Under the pieces are notes generated by a model. That model searched no databases, was not told where the DNA came from, and was given only the letters and a program-made list of their open reading frames with translations. The position numbers were made by a program, and so were the translations under genes. A stretch of 11,172 nucleotides of DNA from a virus (Duplodnaviria; Heunggongvirae; Uroviricota; Caudoviricetes), in the IMG/VR virus record IMGVR_UViG_2778261217_000001, positions 1 to 11,172 of that record, one strand, 5' to 3'. Each line of letters opens with the position of its first letter. The stretch's first letter is position 1. Of the stretch, positions 6,727 to 11,172 are shown one piece after another.

Positions 6727-6930
6727 TATTCACTACTGTTCACTTCAATAAAAATATAGTAAATACATGTGGTTAAGTGGTGTAGTGTTTTAATTAAAGT
6801 GATCATCTACTGTTCATGACTGTTCACAGAGATAAAATTAAACATATATTTTTTTTTCATATAAGTCGCGATATTTATTTCAGTTTATTACTGGATCTTT
6901 TCTCCTCACCAATATTCACCAGTATTCAAT
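6727..6930. repeat. Iteron-like direct repeats in the AT-rich divergent region (candidate ori)
   Basis: Exact 8-mer actgttca three times in one orientation (6735..6742, 6809..6816, 6819..6826), plus tattcacc (6913..6920) and tattcaat (6923..6930); these resemble the P4 alpha-binding iteron TGTTCACC as I recall it. Confidence 0.35.
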
Positions 6931-7474
6931 ACATATTCTATGTAAAGAATAAAAGATGTCTTATGTCTGTTTAATAATTAAACATTCAACCTCCCTGCAC
7001 TCAGTTGCATTTCAGGAAAATATTCATAAAAATGAATTTGTCTGATGTTCATTAAACACATCCGGATACATGCGGAAGTAAGATGGTAATTTAATTTCTT
7101 TAATCATCGGATTTATTGATACATATGGTGAGCTGTTTATTTTTGGCCGTTTTTGGCTCTTTTATTAATCAGGTGTTGTCTTAGTGCTTATGATGTAACG
7201 CCCTGAATGATATGGGCTGGTTCAGATTTGAGCTGTGATCCTGCCTAGTGTAATAGACTTTTTTATTATTGATGCTCCTTATTATATTCCATAAAGGAAT
7301 TGTTTGTTTTTGTTCGTTTCATACGGTTTTTAGCTGTTTTATTTTTTGAGAAATCAACATTTCACACAAAATAAATAAAGCATGCGCGAGCCGCTTATAT
7401 AAACATAATAAGGAGCTACCTGAATCCGCATGGAATTGCCCGGACTGTTGTAAACATATTAGAGAGGTAGCCAG

Positions 7475-7735
7475 ATGAATAGTATTTCCGTTTCCACCCC
7501 GGCACCAGCTGCTCCGGTGCTCCCGGTTCCGGCTCAGCAGGAGCGCTTCATACGATTACCTGAAGTGATGCACCTTTGCGGGCTATCCCGTTCAACCATC
7601 TACGACCTTATCAGCCGCGATGCCTTCCCGCAGCAGATATCCCTGGGTGGAAAAAATGTGGCCTGGGTACAGTCGGAGGTCAGTGCATGGATGGCGGCGC
7701 GAATTGCTGCCCGCGAGCAAGGAGGCCATGCGTGA
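7475..7735 (+). CDS. alpA: AlpA-family (Vis-like) phage transcriptional regulator / excisionase-like DNA-binding protein, 86 aa
   Basis: [50 protein letters not shown] is the characteristic AlpA/MerR-like HTH core; SD gagg with 7-nt spacer before ATG 7475. Confidence 0.85.
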   Translation: MNSISVSTPAPAAPVLPVPAQQERFIRLPEVMHLCGLSRSTIYDLISRDAFPQQISLGGKNVAWVQSEVSAWMAARIAAREQGGHA

Positions 7736-7770
7736 AACTTGCTTTGCAGTCTCATCTCCTTTTTTCTGGC

Positions 7771-7800
7771 TTGCGTCCTGATATCTTTTCCAGGTATAGT
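7771..7800 (+). promoter_or_regulatory. Candidate sigma70 promoter for the immunity/replication operon (PLE-like)
   Basis: TTGCGT (7771..7776), 18-nt spacer, TATAGT (7795..7800). Confidence 0.35.
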
Positions 7801-7830
7801 TTTCCCGCTGCCGCAAAATCGGCTGCCGGG

Positions 7831-7855
7831 CGTAGGAACCCGAGTTACTTATTGG
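7831..7855 (+). promoter_or_regulatory. seqA-like antisense target site (a/b boxes)
   Basis: gtaggaa (7832..7838) and cttattgg (7848..7855) are exact complements of ttcctac and ccaataag in the downstream antisense element. Confidence 0.4.
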
Positions 7856-7862
7856 CGACACC

Positions 7863-7885
7863 AGACGCGCCGTGCGTCTTTTTTT
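7863..7885 (+). terminator. Intrinsic terminator directly after the seqA-like site
   Basis: Stem agacgc/gcgtct (7863..7868, 7874..7879), loop gccgt, then seven T (7879..7885). Confidence 0.5.
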
Positions 7886-7949
7886 ACGTCGTTGCTCAGG
7901 CACACCCATTTTTCGGGCTGCGGTGCTTATACCTTAGCCCCTTTCAGAT

Positions 7950-8030
7950 AATGGTGGTCCGGGCGGGGCAGCCTTCGGGCTGGCCGGTTTCCAATAAGGC
8001 CGGTATTCCTACCCCCGTTCGGGTCACCAC
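7950..8030 (+). ncRNA. c4/CI-like antisense immunity RNA candidate (boundaries approximate)
   Basis: Structured GC-rich segment with a UUCG-loop hairpin (gggcagcc-ttcg-ggctggcc, 7966..7985) followed by ccaataag (7991..7998) and ttcctac (8006..8012), which pair with two bipartite target sites on the same strand; no plausible ORF. Confidence 0.4.
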
Positions 8031-8037
8031 CCATGAG

Positions 8038-8080
8038 CGTAGGAACTCCGGTGGTGGCATTTACCGCTACTTATTGGAGG
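8038..8080 (+). promoter_or_regulatory. seqC-like antisense target site overlapping the ribosome-binding site of the first small ORF
   Basis: gtaggaa (8039..8045) and cttattgg (8070..8077); the latter runs into GGAGG (8076..8080), the Shine-Dalgarno of the ATG at 8089. Confidence 0.4.
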
Positions 8081-8088
8081 TTGCCCTT

Positions 8089-8280
8089 ATGGCTACGATC
8101 CTCGCCCCGTCACATCCTCAATTTATATTTGTTTTTGCCGCCGTTCGTCGTGCAGAACGTAAACCACGTATCAGTATGCTGCGTATCATCGCCAGCAATG
8201 AGCATCATGCACGTCTTTCACTGGTCCATGAGTATGTGCTTTGTCTTGCTGCTCGCCTGCCTGTCCGGGAGGTGATCTAA
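8089..8280 (+). CDS. Small hypothetical protein, 63 aa (3' part of track ORF 7576..8280; first gene controlled by the antisense module)
   Basis: GGAGG with 8-nt spacer before ATG 8089; stop TAA overlaps the next start (TAATG 8278..8282); same RBS style as the two following ORFs. Confidence 0.4.
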   Translation: MATILAPSHPQFIFVFAAVRRAERKPRISMLRIIASNEHHARLSLVHEYVLCLAARLPVREVI

Positions 8281-8504
8281 TGAATCACGCCGCAATCTCT
8301 TATGACGATATTCTCCGCCTGAAGCATCTTCGTAACGTGGGAGAGTTTGTCACCGGAATGGCTGTTCTTCAGGATTGCTACGAAAAACCTGCCAGTGCTC
8401 AATGTGAACAACTGGTTTCCCTGATTTATCTGATGACAGAGCAGCTTGATGGCGTGGTACAGCGTTGCCAGGATGACCTCATGAACATGGAGGTGGTGCA
8501 ATGA
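8280..8504 (+). CDS. Small hypothetical protein, 74 aa (track ORF 8241..8504 trimmed to the ATG)
   Basis: GGAGG (8268..8272) with 7-nt spacer before ATG 8280; stop overlaps the next start as ATGA. Confidence 0.6.
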   Translation: MNHAAISYDDILRLKHLRNVGEFVTGMAVLQDCYEKPASAQCEQLVSLIYLMTEQLDGVVQRCQDDLMNMEVVQ

Positions 8505-8824
8505 AATCACGTACTCTTTCCCTTTCACTTCGGGTAGCGTTGTATCGCCGCGCGGTAGCCTGCGCCTGGTTGAGTGCCTGCTATCAGCAAAACCGCCATC
8601 TGCAGCTCACTCTGGATGAAATTGAAACCGCTATTGCCCGTGAGCTTGAAGGATTTTATCTGCGACAGCACGGGCAAACAAAAGGCATGGAAATCGCCTG
8701 CGCCCTGCTTTCAGACCTGATGGAATACGGCCCTCTAATGTCCTGTCCCGCACTCTCCCAGCTCGGAATAGCCGTAATGGATGAGTTATGCGTCCGTCAC
8801 ATCAAAAAGCCGGTTTTACACTGA
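8501..8824 (+). CDS. Small hypothetical protein, 107 aa
   Basis: GGAGG (8489..8493) with 7-nt spacer; ATGA overlap with the upstream stop; ends 14 nt before the primase start. Confidence 0.6.
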   Translation: MKSRTLSLSLRVALYRRAVACAWLSACYQQNRHLQLTLDEIETAIARELEGFYLRQHGQTKGMEIACALLSDLMEYGPLMSCPALSQLGIAVMDELCVRHIKKPVLH

Positions 8825-8838
8825 GGGAGAACTGCGTC

Positions 8839-11172
8839 ATGTCAGGAATGAAAGTCAGTCAGGCCGTGAAGGCTGCCCGCGGTCACTGGGCTCAGATTCT
8901 GCCAGCGCTGGGCGTGAATATATTGAAAAATCGCCATCAGCCTTGCCCGGTCTGTGGCGGTAAAGATCGTTTTCGCTTCGACGATCAGGAAGGACGCGGA
9001 ACATGGTTCTGCAATCAGTGCGGAGCCGGGGATGGTTTAGCGCTTGTCACCAGGGCACTGAATGTGGATATCAGTGAAGCAGCTGACAGGATACATGGAC
9101 TGACACATGATCTGTCTATAGTTAATTCCGAGGTCAGGACGTTAACCGCCGATACCGATAGCGGGAAAGATGCAGCGGCAGCACTTGCCGCGCGACTGCT
9201 GCAAGCCTCGCGTGAATCTGCCGGAAACACTTATCTTACACATAAAGGTTTCCCGGAGCATATTTGCCATGAGCTGACTTCAGCTCATAAGGCCGGTGGT
9301 GTGATGTTCCGCCCCGGTGATTTGATCGTCCCACTCTATAACGCTGACGGGGAGCTGGTGAATATTCAGCTTATCAGTGGCAATGGTAGCAAGTGTTTTC
9401 TTAAAGGAGGTCAGGTTAAGGAGGCCTATCATCTGATAGAAGGGGGCGGGAGTTCTGTAAGAAGGATTTGGATTGCGGAAGGTTACGCCACGGCGCTTAC
9501 CATTCATTATTTGACAGGAGAAGCCGTCATGGTGGCATTTTCGTCGGTCAACTTTCTTTCTCTGAGCAGCGTTGCCCATAATAAGTATCCTGGATATCAG
9601 TTAATTATTGCAGCGGACCGCGATCTGAATGGTTCAGGCCAGAACAGGGCTGAAACTGCTGCAAAAGCGAGTCAGTGTGACATTGTGCTGCCACCGGTTT
9701 TTGGTGACTGGAATGATGCGCTTACCCAATACGGAGAGGAATCCACCAGGACGGCAATTCTTGAGGCTTTGAAGCCACATAACGCCAGTCCTTTCGACAC
9801 AATGAGTGAAGCAGAATTCACAGCGATGAGTGTCAGCGAAAAAGCTCAGAGGGTTCGGGAGCATTACAGGGATGCACTGGCGGTTGATTCGAACGGGCAG
9901 CTTTTATCCCGCTACGAGTCTGGAGCGTGGAAAGTTATTTCTCAGTCAGATTTTGCCCGAGATGTCGCAGCCCTTTTCCAGCGCCTCGGGGCACCGTTTT
10001 CCTCAGGAAAAATTGCCTCACTGGTGGAAACATTAAAGTTAATTGTTCCGCAGCAGCAAAATCCGTCACGTCATCTGATTGGTTTTCGTAATGGCGTTCT
10101 CGATACGCGAACAGGGCTTTTTAGTCCGCACTGTAAAGAGAACTGGCTGCGTACCCTGTGTGAAGTCGATTTCACGCCACCGGTAAAGGGGGAAACGCTT
10201 GAAACTCATGCCCCGGCATTCTGGCGTTGGCTGGACCGGGCCGCCGGACACAAGCCAGCAAAACGCGACATTATTCTTGCAGCGTTATTTATGGTGCTGG
10301 CGAACCGCTATGACTGGCAGCTCTTTCTGGAAGTGACTGGCCCTGGTGGAAGTGGCAAAAGTATTCTGGCTGAAATTGCGACCATGCTTGCTGGAGAGGA
10401 TAACGCCACCTCTGCGACCATTGAAACGCTGGAGTCCCCGCGAGAACGTGCGGCTCTGATAGGTTTTTCTCTTATTCGCCTGCCTGATCAGGAGAAGTGG
10501 AGCGGCGACGGCGCCGGGCTTAAGGCTATAACTGGTGGCGATGCAGTATCTGTGGACCCCAAATATCAGAATGCTTATTCAACACATATTCCGGCGGTTA
10601 TCTTGGCCGTAAATAATAATCCTATGCGCTTCACTGATCGCAGTGGTGGTGTGTCCCGCAGGAGAGTTATTCTGCATTTTCCTGAGCAGATAGCACCGGA
10701 AGAACGCGATCCGCAGTTGAAAGATAAAATTGCACGAGAACTGGCTGTGATTGTTCGTCAGCTCATGCAGCGTTTCAGCGATCCGATGAGCGCCAGAACA
10801 TTGCTTCAGTCGCAGCAGAATTCTGATGAGGCTCTCACCATCAAGCGTGATGCTGATCCAGCATTTGATTTTTGTGGCTACCTTGAGGCATTACCTGACA
10901 CCAACGGCATGTTTATGGGGAACGCCAATATTGTCCCGCGCCAGCCACGTACGTACCTTTACCATGCCTATCTTGTATACATGGAGGCTAATGGCTTTAA
11001 AAATACCCTTAGCCTGACAATGTTTGGCAAAGGGCTACCAGTTATGCTGAAGGAATACGGGCTAAATTATGAGAAGCGGCGAACTAATCAGGGAATGCAG
11101 ACTAACCTCACTTTAAAAGAGGAAAGTAATGCAGACTGGCTTCCCAAGTGTGATGAGCCAACAATCAAATAA
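8839..11172 (+). CDS. alpha: P4 alpha-type primase/helicase, 777 aa (start moved to ATG 8839)
   Basis: N-terminal zinc-binding motif CPVCGGKDRFRFDDQEGRGTWFCNQCG; acidic TOPRIM-like region (IIAADRD); Walker A VTGPGGSGKSILAEIA in the C-terminal half; SD gggaga at 8825..8830. The 777-aa length equals P4 alpha as I recall it. Confidence 0.9.
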   Translation: MSGMKVSQAVKAARGHWAQILPALGVNILKNRHQPCPVCGGKDRFRFDDQEGRGTWFCNQCGAGDGLALVTRALNVDISEAADRIHGLTHDLSIVNSEVRTLTADTDSGKDAAAALAARLLQASRESAGNTYLTHKGFPEHICHELTSAHKAGGVMFRPGDLIVPLYNADGELVNIQLISGNGSKCFLKGGQVKEAYHLIEGGGSSVRRIWIAEGYATALTIHYLTGEAVMVAFSSVNFLSLSSVAHNKYPGYQLIIAADRDLNGSGQNRAETAAKASQCDIVLPPVFGDWNDALTQYGEESTRTAILEALKPHNASPFDTMSEAEFTAMSVSEKAQRVREHYRDALAVDSNGQLLSRYESGAWKVISQSDFARDVAALFQRLGAPFSSGKIASLVETLKLIVPQQQNPSRHLIGFRNGVLDTRTGLFSPHCKENWLRTLCEVDFTPPVKGETLETHAPAFWRWLDRAAGHKPAKRDIILAALFMVLANRYDWQLFLEVTGPGGSGKSILAEIATMLAGEDNATSATIETLESPRERAALIGFSLIRLPDQEKWSGDGAGLKAITGGDAVSVDPKYQNAYSTHIPAVILAVNNNPMRFTDRSGGVSRRRVILHFPEQIAPEERDPQLKDKIARELAVIVRQLMQRFSDPMSARTLLQSQQNSDEALTIKRDADPAFDFCGYLEALPDTNGMFMGNANIVPRQPRTYLYHAYLVYMEANGFKNTLSLTMFGKGLPVMLKEYGLNYEKRRTNQGMQTNLTLKEESNADWLPKCDEPTIK

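Larger units (their letters stand above)
1..11172. mobile_element. P4-like satellite prophage (partial; continues beyond both window ends)
   Basis: Co-occurrence and arrangement of P4-type integrase, Sid-like/Psu/Delta late operon, AlpA-family regulator and alpha-type primase/helicase; an AT-rich cargo island lies between int and the cos-like region. Confidence 0.8.

Noticed and set aside
7576-8280. 234-aa plus-strand ORF running from inside alpA through the RNA region
   Set aside because: No RBS at its start, it overlaps alpA out of frame and covers the promoter, terminator and antisense-RNA elements; only its last 63 codons (from ATG 8089 with GGAGG) were kept as a candidate gene.
7592-8528. 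ORFs 7592..7909 (-), 7739..7951 (+), 8033..8275 (+) and 8277..8528 (-)
   Set aside because: Antisense or alternative-frame ORFs without RBS that overlap better-supported features (alpA, the RNA module, coupled small ORFs).
8788-8838. Upstream start (8788) for the primase giving 794 aa
   Set aside because: It would overlap the preceding ORF; ATG 8839 has a proper RBS and gives 777 aa, the length I recall for P4 alpha.
8781-11017. Seven short ORFs on either strand inside the primase gene (8781..8963, 9015..9230, 9280..9579, 9634..9864, 9830..10036, 10066..10251, 10826..11017)
   Set aside because: All are contained within the primase/helicase coding region in other frames; none has start signals or recognisable features.
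1-11172. CRISPR arrays, tRNA or rRNA genes, IS elements
   Set aside because: I found no regularly spaced repeat-spacer array, no tRNA-like cloverleaf and no transposase-like ORF or terminal inverted repeats on reading the window.

Overview
This window reads as the left part of a P4-like satellite prophage of enterobacterial type. Backbone, in order: a P4-type tyrosine integrase (1..1260, +); a convergent late operon sid-psu-delta on the minus strand (6569..4992); an AT-rich divergent control region with iteron-like repeats (about 6603..7474); an AlpA-family regulator (7475..7735); a c4/CI-like antisense-RNA immunity module (about 7771..8091); three translationally coupled small ORFs (8089..8824); and an alpha-type primase/helicase of 777 aa (8839..11172). 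Between int and the cos-like/delta end sits a strongly AT-rich cargo island (about 1261..4760) carrying a tightly coupled same-strand operon: a 56-aa membrane mini-ORF (not in the ORF track), 180-aa and 165-aa proteins with no motif I recognise, and a 637-aa SMC/Rad50-like ABC ATPase. This position matches the variable int-to-psu cargo locus of P4-like satellites, so the operon is the best candidate here for an antiviral system, possibly ABC-3C/Lamassu-like but lacking a recognisable effector. All calls rest on reading the sequence and on remembered family motifs; no database search was run.
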